Shown: in pieces, positions 11,509 through 24,354 of the stretch | How the letters are laid out: each line of letters begins with the position of its first letter | Numbering within the stretch: the first letter of the stretch is position 1 | Source: Spirochaetia bacterium | Lineage (GTDB): Bacteria; Spirochaetota; Spirochaetia; SZUA-6; Bin103 | NCBI GenBank assembly: GCA_965208575.1 | Contig: CBDBOV010000005.1 | Coordinates: 672,001 to 736,000 of the forward strand | DNA length: 64,000 nucleotides | Reading direction: 5' to 3' | Made by a program: the position numbers and the translations under genes | Notes under the pieces: generated by a model | What the model saw: only the letters and a program-made list of their open reading frames with translations | Database searches by the model: none | Told to the model about the DNA's origin: nothing

Positions 11509-12843
11509 ATGGCGCGCGCCGGCGCGCGTGCGGCGGCGCCCCGCCGGCACTGGCCGGTGGCCGCCTGCGCCGCGCTGTTGGTTGCGGCGGCGGGTTGCGC
11601 ACGCCCGGCGGCGGTGGTCGAGTTGTGGAGCGACCGCGCCGAGCTGGCGGCATACGTCGACGCGTTCAACGCGGCCGGCGGGCCGGTCAAGGTGGCACTC
11701 ACCTACGCGCCGCACCCGGGGGGCCGGTTGATGAGCGGCGCGGCGGCACCCGACCTGGTGTTCGGTTCCGGCCTCGCGAGTCCGGAGCTGCACCGTTTGC
11801 TGGCACCGCTCGACCGCCTGCTGCGCAGCCGGCCGGCGGCCGACGAGTACTATCCGGAACTGCTCGCCGCCGGTGCCGCCGGCGGCCGCCAGTTCACCCT
11901 GCCGTTTTCCTTCAACCTGCCGGTAGTGGTGTTTGCACGCGCGGCGCTGCCGGACATCGACCAGTTCGTGCTGTCGGACGCGGAGATCCGGCGGCTTGCC
12001 GACGAGTTCGAAGCGCACGCGCGGTCGCTCGACGAAGCACAGCCGGGTGGGCGTGATCCCGAGTCTGCTGGGGACGAGCCGCCGCTGCCGGGCAGGGTCG
12101 GGATCCCGGTGCTGTGGAACGAGGGGCTGATCTACCTGCTCGCCCAGGCGCGGGGCGCCGGATTCGCGGCCGCCGAGGAGGGCACGGTGGCGATCGACCC
12201 GGCGCGGCTTGCGGCCACGGTGGCGGCGGTTCACGACTGGCTGCAATCCGGCCCCGGCGGCATTGCCGGCCACCGGCGGTTTGCCGACGTCTACCTGCAC
12301 CTGCCCCTCCACCAGTTGGTGATCGAGGGGCGCATTCTGCTGTTCGTGACCGACATTGCCAGTTACGCGCGCATTCCGGAGGAGCAGCGCGAGCTGCTCG
12401 ACTTCCGCTGGTTGACGGTGGATGGCCGCATCCCGCTGCTGGAGGACTATCGCTCGTTTGCGGTGCCGGCAGCGGCCGACAACCCCGCCGGTGCGGCACT
12501 GTTCTTGCGCTGGATTTCGCAGCCCCCGATACAGGCGCACCTGCTGGAGGCGGCGAACTTCACGTGGCTGCGCGGTTTCGGTCTTGCCGGCGGCTTCCCG
12601 GCACTGCGCGAGGTGAGCGAGCGCGTGCTGCCGCGCTCGCACCCGTTTCTCATCGGGCGCCTGCCCGATGCGGCGCTGCTGCGCGTACCGGAGCCGCCGC
12701 CGGTCGACTGGGCCGCGGCGCGGAGGGAGCTGGTGGAACCGTGGCTGCGCGCCGCCGCCGTCGCCGGGTCGCTGCCGCCGCCGGGGCAGCCGCGGCTTGC
12801 GCAGGCGGTCAGCCGATGGCGCCGCACCGTCGACGCACCCTAG
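11509..12843 (+). CDS. Putative lipoprotein, ABC extracellular solute-binding protein (sugar-binding family)
   Basis: Lipobox-like LVAAAGC; PDLVFG and LPFSFNLPVVVF segments typical of SBP family 1; next to a sugar ABC ATPase. Confidence 0.65.
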   Translation: MARAGARAAAPRRHWPVAACAALLVAAAGCARPAAVVELWSDRAELAAYVDAFNAAGGPVKVALTYAPHPGGRLMSGAAAPDLVFGSGLASPELHRLLAPLDRLLRSRPAADEYYPELLAAGAAGGRQFTLPFSFNLPVVVFARAALPDIDQFVLSDAEIRRLADEFEAHARSLDEAQPGGRDPESAGDEPPLPGRVGIPVLWNEGLIYLLAQARGAGFAAAEEGTVAIDPARLAATVAAVHDWLQSGPGGIAGHRRFADVYLHLPLHQLVIEGRILLFVTDIASYARIPEEQRELLDFRWLTVDGRIPLLEDYRSFAVPAAADNPAGAALFLRWISQPPIQAHLLEAANFTWLRGFGLAGGFPALREVSERVLPRSHPFLIGRLPDAALLRVPEPPPVDWAAARRELVEPWLRAAAVAGSLPPPGQPRLAQAVSRWRRTVDAP

Positions 12844-13003
12844 CGGCGCGCGGCGGAATCCGGCTGCAGGGGCGCCATGTGCGTTGACATAATGGTTCGC
12901 TTTCGTTACCGTCGGTAGCGCAGCTATTCGCAAATATGAAATACCGGCACATCGGTTGACCGGCATCGCCGGCCCACCGAACGCCGGCAACAAGGAGCAG
13001 GAA

Positions 13004-14119
<1,116 letters not shown>

Positions 14120-14160
14120 TGAGCGTACGTGAACACTAGGTTGATACATCGGAACGGTGC

Positions 14161-15474
14161 ATGAAGATACATAGGCTTGCCCTCGCCATCCTGCTGCCCC
14201 TGTCACTGGTCTACTGCGCAACCACGCCGCCCGGAATGGAGGGCGGCAGGGACCCGTCCGGGACACCGGCGGCGTCCGGCAACCTCGCCGAAGAGTTGCG
14301 GCAGGCCCGCGTCGCGATTGCCCGTGCCGCCGAGGCGGACGCGGCGACCTACGATCCGGTCACGCTGCAGGAGGCGCGCGACGCTCTTGCCGAGGGCGAG
14401 CGGTTGCAGTCCAGCGACCCGAAGGCGGCTCGCGAAGCCCTGATGCTGGCGTCGCTGAAGGCGAATACCGCTTACCAGAACGCGCTCGGTCTGGCGCAGC
14501 GGGCCCTGGATCTGCAGATGACCGATCTCCTGGAGCAGCTTCGCGAGAATCAGGTGGATCAGTTTGAGCCGGAGGAATATGCCGACGCGGTCAGCGCCGT
14601 TACCGACGCGCGCGACCTGTTCGCGGCCGGCCGGCTGTCCGACGGCGCCGACACCGCGACGGACGCCATCGCACGCATGGAGCAGCTTCGCGACATGGTG
14701 GCCGATCAGCTTGCCCGGGTGCTCGAATTGAAGAGCGCAAGCGAAGGGTTGATGGACCGCATCGAGGCGGAGGGTTCGCGCCTCGGAGCGGAAGCGCAGG
14801 TCGCCGAGTTGCAGGAGCGTTACGAGGCGGGCAAGGACGCTCTCGATGGCTTTGCCCTCGCCGACGCCGAGCGCAACTTCGGGGCGGCACGCAGCGCCGG
14901 CCGCGCCGCGTTGCCGGCCACCGACGGCGGTGCCGGCGAAGTGACCATGGCGCAGGCCGACGAAATGATGCTCGTGGTGATGAACGAGCTCGAGGCCGCC
15001 TCCATGCTGGACGTGATCACCGACGACGAGATCGTGGTGGAGCCGGCGCCGTGGAAGGGCTCCCCGTACCTGGAGGACGGCGACGCCGGGCCGGACAGCG
15101 CCGCGCGCGAGGCGCTGCAGGCGATGGTCGGAGCCGGTGTCGAGGACGTGTCGCAGCACGTTCTGCTGGAACACGCCAAGGAGTTGTGGCGGCTGGGCGT
15201 CGACCGGCGCAACGCCGGCGAATACCGGCGTGCCGTGATCTACTTCGAGCAGGCGCGGCGCTACGGCGCGGCATTTGCCGAGTTCGCGGTCACGCAGATC
15301 TACACGGTGCGCTTGATTCCCGAGCGGCGCGAGTCGCTGTGGCGGATTGCGGAGTACGACTTCATTTACGGAAATCCATGGCTGTGGCCCAAGATCTGGC
15401 ATCGGAATCGCAAGCTCATCCAGAATCCCGACCTGATCTTTCCCGGCTGGCAGCTCTACATCCCGCCGCGCTGA
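14161..15474 (+). CDS. Helical lipoprotein with C-terminal LysM domain
   Basis: Signal peptide ending LVYC; long helical body; C-terminal YTVRL...ESLWRIA...YGNPWLWPKIW..N...IQNPDLIFPGWQLYIP. Confidence 0.8.
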   Translation: MKIHRLALAILLPLSLVYCATTPPGMEGGRDPSGTPAASGNLAEELRQARVAIARAAEADAATYDPVTLQEARDALAEGERLQSSDPKAAREALMLASLKANTAYQNALGLAQRALDLQMTDLLEQLRENQVDQFEPEEYADAVSAVTDARDLFAAGRLSDGADTATDAIARMEQLRDMVADQLARVLELKSASEGLMDRIEAEGSRLGAEAQVAELQERYEAGKDALDGFALADAERNFGAARSAGRAALPATDGGAGEVTMAQADEMMLVVMNELEAASMLDVITDDEIVVEPAPWKGSPYLEDGDAGPDSAAREALQAMVGAGVEDVSQHVLLEHAKELWRLGVDRRNAGEYRRAVIYFEQARRYGAAFAEFAVTQIYTVRLIPERRESLWRIAEYDFIYGNPWLWPKIWHRNRKLIQNPDLIFPGWQLYIPPR

Positions 15475-15493
15475 CCGCGCGCGGCGGGAGACC

Positions 15494-17044
15494 GTGGCAG
15501 GGCGTCCGTTGCCGTTGCGCTCCGAAACCCGCTTTGCAGGGACGGCGCGCCCGTTGCTGTGTCTCAGCCTGACCGAGCCGACCCTCGGCGCGTGCCTCGA
15601 CCAGGTGCGCGCCTGTCGGCACCTGGTCGACCTGGTGGAGTTGCGCGTCGACCTGCTGCACCAGGGGCAGTGGGCCGGTGTCGCTCGCTTCGCGACCGAG
15701 TGCCCGCTGCCGGCGATGTGCACCATTCGCCGCACCCGCGACGGCGGCGGGTGGATAGCGCCCGAGGCGGTTCGCCGCCGGCTGCTGACCGCCGCCGCCG
15801 GCGCCCGATTCCGCTACCTGGACCTTGAATCCGACCTGCCGACCGGCGCCGTCCCGCTGCCGCGTCGAGGACCGCGCATCATCCGCTCCCTGCACGACAC
15901 CACCGGCACGCCGGCGCGCCTTCCGGCGCTGCTGCGCGCGCTGCCGCGCAACGGGCGCGAGATTCCGAAGCTCGCGGTAACGCCGCACGGCTGCGCCGAG
16001 CTGGCGCGCATCGTGGCGGCGGCGCAGGCGGCACCGCGGCCGCACATCGTGCTCGGCATGGGATCCTGCGGCGTTGCCACGCGGCTGCTCGCCGCCAAGC
16101 TGGGCTCCTGGCTGACGTTTACCTCCGCCGGAGGGCGAGCGGCGGCGCCGGGACACCTGGACCCGCACACCATGCAACACCGCTACCGCTTCCATGCCAT
16201 CGGCGCCGCCACCCCGGTGTACGGCCTGATCGGCAACCCGGTCGCCCATTCGCGGTCGCCGGAGATTCACAATCGCGGCATGGCGGTTGCCGGGCTGCCC
16301 GCCGTGTACGTGCCGTTCCTGGTCGATGACGTGGGCCGGTTTCTCGATCTGGCTCCGTCGTTGGGCGTGCGTGGTCTGTCGGTGACCATCCCGCACAAGG
16401 AGACGGTGATGGCCTTGCTGCACCGCGCCGATCCGTCGGTCAGCGGCGCCGGTGCGTGCAACACCGTGGTGCTCCAACAGGGTCGCTGGGCCGGCTACAA
16501 CACCGACGCGGCCGGCTTCATGGAACCGCTCGCCGGGCCGTTGGCGCGCGGGGGCATCCGCCGAGCCACGGTAATCGGCGCCGGCGGTGCTGCCCGCGCC
16601 ATCGTGTGGGCGCTGCGCGAGGCCGGGGTCGACGTGCTGATCGCCAACCGCACGCTGCCGCGAGCGCGAGCGCTGGCGGCCCAGATGTCGGCGGCGGCGG
16701 TGGCGCTGACCGCCCCCGACCTGGCGCAGCGCGTGTCGGACTACGCGGACCTGATTGTGCAGGCCACCAGCATCGGCATGGAACGGCATGGCGACGGGGC
16801 GCAGGCAGCGATGCGCGATCCGATCGCGCAGGTGCCGCTCACCGGGCGTGAGATCGTGTACGACATCGTGTACGCCCCGCCCGAGACGCCGCTCCTGGCG
16901 CGCGCACGCGCGGCCGGCTGCACGCTGGTGTTCGGTCACGAAATGCTGCTCGGGCAGGCATACGAGCAGTTCCGCCTGTTCACCGGCGTGCCGTACCCCG
17001 CGGTCGAACGCAGCCGCCTGAGTACGTTGCTCGGACCGGATTGA
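15494..17044 (+). CDS. aroE: Bifunctional type I 3-dehydroquinate dehydratase / shikimate dehydrogenase (AroD-AroE fusion)
   Basis: LVELRVD, IIRSLHD, IPKLAV and APGHL (AroD); GLIGNPVAHSRSP, SVTIPHKE, GACNT, YNTD, IGAGGAARA and DIVYAP (AroE). Confidence 0.9.
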   Translation: MAGRPLPLRSETRFAGTARPLLCLSLTEPTLGACLDQVRACRHLVDLVELRVDLLHQGQWAGVARFATECPLPAMCTIRRTRDGGGWIAPEAVRRRLLTAAAGARFRYLDLESDLPTGAVPLPRRGPRIIRSLHDTTGTPARLPALLRALPRNGREIPKLAVTPHGCAELARIVAAAQAAPRPHIVLGMGSCGVATRLLAAKLGSWLTFTSAGGRAAAPGHLDPHTMQHRYRFHAIGAATPVYGLIGNPVAHSRSPEIHNRGMAVAGLPAVYVPFLVDDVGRFLDLAPSLGVRGLSVTIPHKETVMALLHRADPSVSGAGACNTVVLQQGRWAGYNTDAAGFMEPLAGPLARGGIRRATVIGAGGAARAIVWALREAGVDVLIANRTLPRARALAAQMSAAAVALTAPDLAQRVSDYADLIVQATSIGMERHGDGAQAAMRDPIAQVPLTGREIVYDIVYAPPETPLLARARAAGCTLVFGHEMLLGQAYEQFRLFTGVPYPAVERSRLSTLLGPD

Positions 17045-17195
17045 CCCCGCCGCCGGTCAGCGGTCTTCAAGGCAACCGCTTGGTGCGTCGATCATTGAAA
17101 GGAGAAGCACGGTGCGCGGCGCCACCGGGAGGTGAGCGGGTTGCCGGACGGCCGCGGCGCACGTCGGGCCGGTGCCCGGGACGCGAGGGGGGCAA

Positions 17196-18008
17196 ATGGA
17201 TTCGAGAAATCGGCTCTGGTGGGTCATGGGAGGGGTCGCCCTCCTGCTGGTGGTCGTGCTGACCGGAGGGCTGTACTGGTTGCGCCCGGTCGACAGCGTG
17301 GCGCGGGCCGACCTCGCCTTGCCGCGGCCTGCGCAGGACGCCCAACCGTTCGAGTTCGTCGCCACGCCGGGTGTGGCGGCGGCTCCCGAGAGGCCGCCAG
17401 GGGAGACGCCGACCGGCGAACCGGCCGCCGCCGACACCGCCGACACCGCCGACACCGCCGGCACCGCCGGCGCGCCCGACAGCTCGCCGGCATCCCCGCT
17501 GGCGGCGGCGCCGGCGGCGGCCGGGGAAGCCGCCGCCGACTCGCGGCAGGTTGCCGCCCGCCAACCGAAGCCGCGCATTACGCTTGACACGCAGGAGCCG
17601 GCCGGCGCCGCCGCCACCCCGGCCGCCGCCCCCGAGGTGCGTGCCATCGCCACCACCAGCGCGCGCACCGGGTCTGCCGACGCGCCGGCCGTGGCAGCGC
17701 CGGCGGCGGCGGCGAAGCGCAGCGTGCCGCTGGCGAAGCTCGCACCCAAGCTGCCACTGCACGAGTTCTGGGTACAGGTGGGCAGCTTCGCCAGCCGAGC
17801 GCGCGCCAACGCCCTCGAGCAGCGCCTCAGCGACCACGGCATCATCAGCCGCGTCAGCACGCGGTCCACCGACGCGGAGGTATTCTTCCGCGTGCGCGTC
17901 GGCCCGTACGGCAGCCGCAAGGAGGCGGAGAAATTCCTGGCGTGGGTGCAGCAGGTGGATGGAATGGACGGCAGTTACATTTCGGAGGTGCGCAACTCCG
18001 GCGGCTGA
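17196..18008 (+). CDS. SPOR domain protein (N-terminal TM, low-complexity linker)
   Basis: TM segment, Ala/Pro-rich linker, C-terminal FWVQVGSF...FFRVRVGPY. Confidence 0.85.
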   Translation: MDSRNRLWWVMGGVALLLVVVLTGGLYWLRPVDSVARADLALPRPAQDAQPFEFVATPGVAAAPERPPGETPTGEPAAADTADTADTAGTAGAPDSSPASPLAAAPAAAGEAAADSRQVAARQPKPRITLDTQEPAGAAATPAAAPEVRAIATTSARTGSADAPAVAAPAAAAKRSVPLAKLAPKLPLHEFWVQVGSFASRARANALEQRLSDHGIISRVSTRSTDAEVFFRVRVGPYGSRKEAEKFLAWVQQVDGMDGSYISEVRNSGG

Positions 18009-18033
18009 TGCGCCGGCCGCGGCCGGCGGCGCG

Positions 18034-19755
18034 CTACGTTCCGAGCGACAGGGCGACCGCGCTGCCGACGCCGATCAGGGCCACGAGCAGCGCCACGGCA
18101 AGCCGCTGCCATAGCTGCCGGCGATAGGTGGTGTTGACGTTGCGGTAACCGACAAAGCTCACCAGCGTGGCACGCCCGAGCAGCACCAGCGGCAGCAGCA
18201 GTGCGGCGGCCACCAGGTCGACCGGGAGCGGGGCGAACAGCGTCAGCGCCACGAACGACTGTGCCGGTTGCAGGTACAGGCTGGCCACGAGGCGAACGAT
18301 CCACACGGGGGCCAGGACGACCCACAGCAACGAGTGCCAGCGGTTGCGAGCCAGGTTGGCGAGCAGGACGCACAGCAGCGCCCAGACGAACGGATAGGCG
18401 AGCGCGACGTTCACTGTCGCCGCCGCCGCTACCACGACGAGCAGCATCACCGCGGCCGCGGCAAGGTAGAAGCTGGCGATCGGCGCCCGGCGATCCTGGT
18501 CCAACCATCGGCGACCGATCGCGTAGTGCGCGAGCGCGGCGACCAGCGCGGCCAGGCCAAGCTTCAGGGCCAGGAACAACAGCGGCGCTTCATGCCACAG
18601 GAGCGGGTTCCGTGCCGCCCGCGGCAGCAGGCCGAGCGCCGCGGAACCGGCGCCGAGCGCGGCCACCGCGACGGCCACCATCAACGGGATGCGCCAGCCG
18701 TACTGCCACAGCGTGCGGGTGGCGTAGCGGAGCTGGGTGGATGCGGCAAAGGCGTAGAAGATGACCGCGGCGATCGCCAGCACCACCAGCACAACGTAGT
18801 CCTGCTCGGCAACGATGAGCGGTGCCGTCGTGCCGCCGAGCAGGAGGTAGTTGCGGTCCCAGGCAGCGGGTATACCGTCTTCGTATTCGGCCGTGAACAG
18901 CACCAGAAACCGCGCCATCCGCGCCAGCCACAGGTCGGGATCGGCAGCGGCGCCGGCTGCGCCGGCCGCGTTCCCGTGACCGCTTAAGCGCAACGCCGGA
19001 TGCCCGGCGCGGAAAAACGGCGCCAGGCGTGGTTCCTCGGCCAGCCCGAGACGCACCAGGTCGTTGGCGTGCGCGGCCGGGATGCGTACCGGCTGGCCGG
19101 CCCCGTGCAGAGCGCTGAGCACGCCGCGCACGAGCCACGGCGGAGCCACCACCCGGTCGCCGCCGGTGTGCAACTGCACGCTGCCCGGGCGGCCGATCAG
19201 GTCGAAATACAGGACCGCGGTGGGCGCGTTGGTGAGGTAGTCCTGCAGAAAGGAGCGGCTGCCGAACGGGTAGCCGTGATCGGGGTCGCCCCGTTCGCCA
19301 CCCAGAAACAGGAAACGCACGGAAACGGGCGGACGGTCGGGGGCCTGGGCCAGGAATTGCGCGAAGCCGAGGATCAGCGCCAACGTGGATCCGTCCGTGT
19401 GCGGCTCCGCGTCGTGTGCATCGGCAAGCGCCAGCGGCACGGCGATCAGCAGCGTGTCGGCCCGGCGTCCCGCGACCGCCACTTCCACGATGGCCGATCG
19501 AGACTCGCCGAATGGCTCGGTCAGCGCGTGCAGCCGGGGCCTCAGGCCGGACAAGGCGAAGCGCCTGCGTATGTGTTGCGCCGCTGCCCACTCCATGGTC
19601 GACCTGTCGCCGTGCGCGGCGAGGTCGGAGAAGAACTCCACGTCCTCCTGGAACGAGCCGTACCAGCGCGGTGTATCCGCGCCCTGAGCCTGCGATGGCG
19701 CCGCCAGCGCGAGCAGCAGACCGGCGGCGGCGATTGCTCTTGTTGCACGGCGCAT
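18034..19755 (-). CDS. Membrane protein: signal peptide, M28-peptidase-like domain, multiple C-terminal TM helices
   Basis: VRFLFLGGERG..GSR and AVLYFDLIG resemble the M28 fold; canonical metal ligands are not evident; hydrophobic C-terminal half. Confidence 0.55.
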   Translation of the reverse strand: MRRATRAIAAAGLLLALAAPSQAQGADTPRWYGSFQEDVEFFSDLAAHGDRSTMEWAAAQHIRRRFALSGLRPRLHALTEPFGESRSAIVEVAVAGRRADTLLIAVPLALADAHDAEPHTDGSTLALILGFAQFLAQAPDRPPVSVRFLFLGGERGDPDHGYPFGSRSFLQDYLTNAPTAVLYFDLIGRPGSVQLHTGGDRVVAPPWLVRGVLSALHGAGQPVRIPAAHANDLVRLGLAEEPRLAPFFRAGHPALRLSGHGNAAGAAGAAADPDLWLARMARFLVLFTAEYEDGIPAAWDRNYLLLGGTTAPLIVAEQDYVVLVVLAIAAVIFYAFAASTQLRYATRTLWQYGWRIPLMVAVAVAALGAGSAALGLLPRAARNPLLWHEAPLLFLALKLGLAALVAALAHYAIGRRWLDQDRRAPIASFYLAAAAVMLLVVVAAAATVNVALAYPFVWALLCVLLANLARNRWHSLLWVVLAPVWIVRLVASLYLQPAQSFVALTLFAPLPVDLVAAALLLPLVLLGRATLVSFVGYRNVNTTYRRQLWQRLAVALLVALIGVGSAVALSLGT

Positions 19756-19806
19756 GGGGTTATATTAGTCTGTAGCGGCCCGTTGTGCCGGGCACCTGGC
19801 GATGGA

Positions 19807-20319
19807 ATGATGGAGTTGCTTCCGGCTATAGTTGCACGGCGAAGTGCAAAGCGGTTCAATGCGAGGCAGGTCGGCATGGATTCCGTGGAGCGCATTCTGC
19901 AGGCCGGTCGGTTGGCGCCGTCGGCAAAGAACAGGCAGGAGTGGCGCTTCATCGTCGTGAACCGCCATGACCTCCGGGAGAAGCTCGCGTCGGCGTCGTT
20001 CGGCGCCGAGCAGATCGAAACAGCGTCGGTGGTCGTTGCCGTGTGTACCACCAACGTCGACTACCGCATGCCCAACGGGCAACTCTCATTTCCGGTCGAC
20101 CTCGGCATCGCGGCCGCGTTCATGATGCTGCAGGCGACCCACGAAGGCGTCGAGTCCTGTGCCATGACGACCTTCGACGAGCAGGAGGTGCAGGATCTCC
20201 TGAGCATACCTCATGCCATGCGCGTGGTGGTGATGCTGGCGTTCGGCTACACCGATCAGCAGGTGCCTGCGCAAGGCCGGAAGCCGCTGTCCGACATCGT
20301 CGCGTACAACCACTGGTAG
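19807..20319 (+). CDS. Nitroreductase family protein
   Basis: IVARRSAKRF, LAPSAKNRQEWRFIVV, DLGIAAAFMMLQA, AFGY. Confidence 0.9.
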   Translation: MMELLPAIVARRSAKRFNARQVGMDSVERILQAGRLAPSAKNRQEWRFIVVNRHDLREKLASASFGAEQIETASVVVAVCTTNVDYRMPNGQLSFPVDLGIAAAFMMLQATHEGVESCAMTTFDEQEVQDLLSIPHAMRVVVMLAFGYTDQQVPAQGRKPLSDIVAYNHW

Positions 20320-20333
20320 GTCGCGCTCCGGCC

Positions 20334-20924
20334 ATGGCAGTCGAACCGGGGCGCAGCGCACGCCGCGAGCGGCGCACCAACGAAACACAGATCACCGTGC
20401 ACGTCGGGCTCGACGACGTCGGCGAAGTGAGCATCGACACGCCGGTGCCATTCTTCACCCACATGCTGGAAGCGATGTCGTTTCACGGCGGCTTCGCGCT
20501 GTCGGTGCGCGCGCGCGGCGACGTCGAGGTCGACCCTCACCACCTGGTGGAGGACGTGGGGCTGGTAATCGGCGACTGTCTGCGCGCGGCGCGCGGCACC
20601 GCGCCGGTAGCGCGCTTCGCCAGTGCCCTGGTGCCGATGGATGATGCGCTCGCGGAGGTGGTGGTCGACGTCGGCGGGCGCCCCTATCTGCACTACGAGG
20701 CGAGTTACCCGCAGCCGGTGGCGGGCGACTTCGACGTCGCACTGGTGCGCGAGTTTCTGCTCGCCCTGGCGATGCGCGCTCAGATCAACGTGCACGCCAC
20801 GCTGCGCCATGGAGCCAACGCGCACCACATGGTGGAAGCGCTGTTCAAGGCGCTCGGGCGTGCGTTGGCGGCCGCCTACGCCCCCTCACGGCGCGCCATG
20901 TCCACCAAGGGGCGCGTGGGCTGA
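20334..20924 (+). CDS. hisB: Imidazoleglycerol-phosphate dehydratase
   Basis: RRTNETQI, FFTHML, DPHHLVED, PMDDAL, NAHHMVEALFKA, STKG. Confidence 0.95.
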   Translation: MAVEPGRSARRERRTNETQITVHVGLDDVGEVSIDTPVPFFTHMLEAMSFHGGFALSVRARGDVEVDPHHLVEDVGLVIGDCLRAARGTAPVARFASALVPMDDALAEVVVDVGGRPYLHYEASYPQPVAGDFDVALVREFLLALAMRAQINVHATLRHGANAHHMVEALFKALGRALAAAYAPSRRAMSTKGRVG

Positions 20925-20951
20925 CCGCCGGCTCCGACCGGGCGCGCGCCG

Positions 20952-21419
20952 TCAGTACTCTTCTATCTGCTGCCGGCCCGCGTCGGTAAGGAACTCCGGG
21001 ACCACGTATACCACCGGCGGCGACCCGGTCTTGGTGGCGCGCTGCTCGGCATGTCCCTTGCGCACCATCTCATCCAGGAAGGCACGCGATTCGTCCAGGC
21101 TCCAGGGTCCGCTGGTGGCCACCAGCGCGGGCGACACCAGGCCGCCGCCCGCTCTCGCGATTCGTAGAATCACCTGCTCCAGCGACTCGACCACCGGTGC
21201 GGCGGCCTCGCTCAGCAGTTCCCGCTCGTCCTCGAACGCCCGCTCGCGCACCATGGTCGGAATCCGGAACAGGTCCACGATCGCTCCGATCCCGAACACG
21301 CCGCCGGTCAGCAGCCACAGCACGCCGGTACCGTACCTGCGCAGGTAGAAGCGGTGCAGGCCGAGCGAGCCGAGCCCGCCGACCGCCCACAACAGGTATG
21401 CGATGAACAGGGAATACAT
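20952..21419 (-). CDS. TM2-domain membrane protein with C-terminal winged-helix-like domain
   Basis: [18 protein letters not shown]...LWLLTGG.FGIG..VDLF (TM2). The C-terminal domain resembles that of the ORF at 30456. Confidence 0.8.
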   Translation of the reverse strand: MYSLFIAYLLWAVGGLGSLGLHRFYLRRYGTGVLWLLTGGVFGIGAIVDLFRIPTMVRERAFEDERELLSEAAAPVVESLEQVILRIARAGGGLVSPALVATSGPWSLDESRAFLDEMVRKGHAEQRATKTGSPPVVYVVPEFLTDAGRQQIEEY

Positions 21420-21476
21420 GCTGCCTGCCTGAGAGTATATCCGGTCAGCCCCGCGCGTGGCGGGCGCCCGGCGTGT

Positions 21477-22810
<1,334 letters not shown>

Positions 22811-22814
<4 letters not shown>

Positions 22815-23188
22815 GGTTCCTCGCTCCTTTGCCGCTCGCGCTCATTTTCGGCCTCATGCAGCGCGGCCTGCAAGAGTGCCTGTGCCCGCTCCTCGGCGAA
22901 TGCCGCACGCAGCAGGCGACGCGCCGCCGCGGTGCCGCCGCCGGTGGTTGCCGAGCCGGGCACAACGGGATAGCCGAACGCCTCCATCGTGTGCCGCCGC
23001 TCGCGCGGTTCGATGCCGCCAAGGGCGGCAACCTCCCTTGCGATGCCGACTACCTCGCGTTCGGTCAGCCCGGTCAGAACCGGAGCCGACCGTTCGGCGC
23101 CGAGCAGCAGCAGAAACTTCGCAACCTGCTCGAAGCCGCGGTCGCGCTCGGTGCCGCGAACGAATCCGCGGGTGGCCGCGTCGCTCAC
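22811..23188 (-). pseudogene. fliG: Truncated FliG-like protein (N-terminal domain only)
   Basis: GFEQVAKFLLLLGAERSAPVL..L.EREV..IAREVA and GG..AARRLL..AF.EERA..LL match the FliG N-terminal pattern. Only 125 aa versus ~330-400 for full FliG. Confidence 0.6.
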
Positions 23189-23376
23189 GGCAGGTCCGGG
23201 CCGGCGGTCCGCTGCGGCGCCGGCCGGGCCGGCGCCCGGTGCCGGGGCTCAAACTCGGGGCCCTGCGCGCCGAGGCGGAACAGGTTGCCGGCTTCCTCCG
23301 GGATTGCCTGCGCGTCGGCGGTGGCCTCGCGCAAGGCATCGTCTGCAAACAACAGGTGGCTGATGTGGGCGGGCAT
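23185..23376 (-). pseudogene. N-terminal remnant of a zinc-dependent phospholipase C family protein
   Basis: MPAHISHLLFA...FRLGAQGP matches the family N-terminal motifs (MP...H; F.LG.QGPD), then similarity stops. 63 aa. Confidence 0.55.
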
Positions 23377-23477
23377 GCGGACGCTGCACGCTACCAACGG
23401 CGCCCGCTCTTGACAACCGACGCACCCGGGGCGCCCACGCGCCCACGCTCCGGTACCGCTCCGGCACCCGCGGCGCA

Positions 23478-23507
23478 TTGACCGGCCGGGGATCGGGTCA
23501 GTAAAAT
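23478..23507 (+). promoter_or_regulatory. Sigma-70 promoter of tRNA-Phe
   Basis: TTGACC-N18-TAAAAT just upstream of the tRNA. Confidence 0.7.
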
Positions 23508-23519
23508 ATCGGTCGTATA

Positions 23520-23592
23520 GCCGCTGTAGCTCAGATGGTAGAGCAGAGGACTGAAAATCCTCGTGTCAGCAGTTCGATTCTGCTCGGCGGCA
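23520..23592 (+). tRNA. tRNA-Phe (GAA)
   Basis: Acceptor GCCGCTG/CGGCGGC, anticodon loop CTGAAAA, GTTCGA T-loop. CCA not encoded. Confidence 0.97.
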
Positions 23593-23607
23593 TGCTGTTC
23601 GCCCCGG

Positions 23608-24354
23608 TCACTCCGGCTGCCAGAAGTAGGGTCCGCTCAAGGCGCCCTTGTCCGCACCCGGCAGCTTGCCGAACACGTACACTTCATAGCGCATCCCGGC
23701 GCGGTAGTCGTCGCCGCCAAGGTGCACTTCCCCGGCAGCGGCCAGCGACTCGCGCAGTACGCCCTCGGACACGATCCACAGGCTGTAGTCCGCGCTGCCG
23801 CTGATCGCGAAGGTATCCCCGCGCTGCCGTACCTCGGGCAGGGGCGTCGAACGGCGCTGTTCGGGAATCACGAATCGGGAGGTGGCGCGCTCGCCCCCCG
23901 CATCGATCAGCAGTACGCGATAATCGCCGGCCGGGAATGGCTGTTCGCCCGGCATGGCCAGCGAGGCGGCGCCGATCCAGGTGGCGCCGTCGCGTTGGTC
24001 GCGCGTCCAGGTATCGGCGGTGGCGCGCCAGAACAGCTCGCCCCCGTCGTGAATGACATACAACTCGTCGAGGTCGTCGAGCCCGTCGGCATCCGCGGCG
24101 CGCACGAACACGCTCAGTCGTTCGTAGCGGCGGTCGAGGTCGCGGTCGTCGAAATCGACCAGCAGCCACTGCAAGTCGTACAGCTCCGGGGCGCTGGTCT
24201 CACAACCTGCCAGAGCCACCGACAGAACCAGCGCCGCACACAGGCCGAGTGCTGCCGTTGCGCCGGGGGCGGCTCTCGCCGGCAGCGGACCGCGAGCCGC
24301 CCCCGTGCCGCGCGTCACCTGCCCGCGCCGGGACCCGGCGCCTCCGTGTCGCAT
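23608..24354 (-). CDS. Hypothetical lipoprotein
   Basis: Lipobox VALAGC followed by a beta-rich body (DADGLDDLDELYV). Start uncertain. Confidence 0.6.
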   Translation of the reverse strand: MRHGGAGSRRGQVTRGTGAARGPLPARAAPGATAALGLCAALVLSVALAGCETSAPELYDLQWLLVDFDDRDLDRRYERLSVFVRAADADGLDDLDELYVIHDGGELFWRATADTWTRDQRDGATWIGAASLAMPGEQPFPAGDYRVLLIDAGGERATSRFVIPEQRRSTPLPEVRQRGDTFAISGSADYSLWIVSEGVLRESLAAAGEVHLGGDDYRAGMRYEVYVFGKLPGADKGALSGPYFWQPE

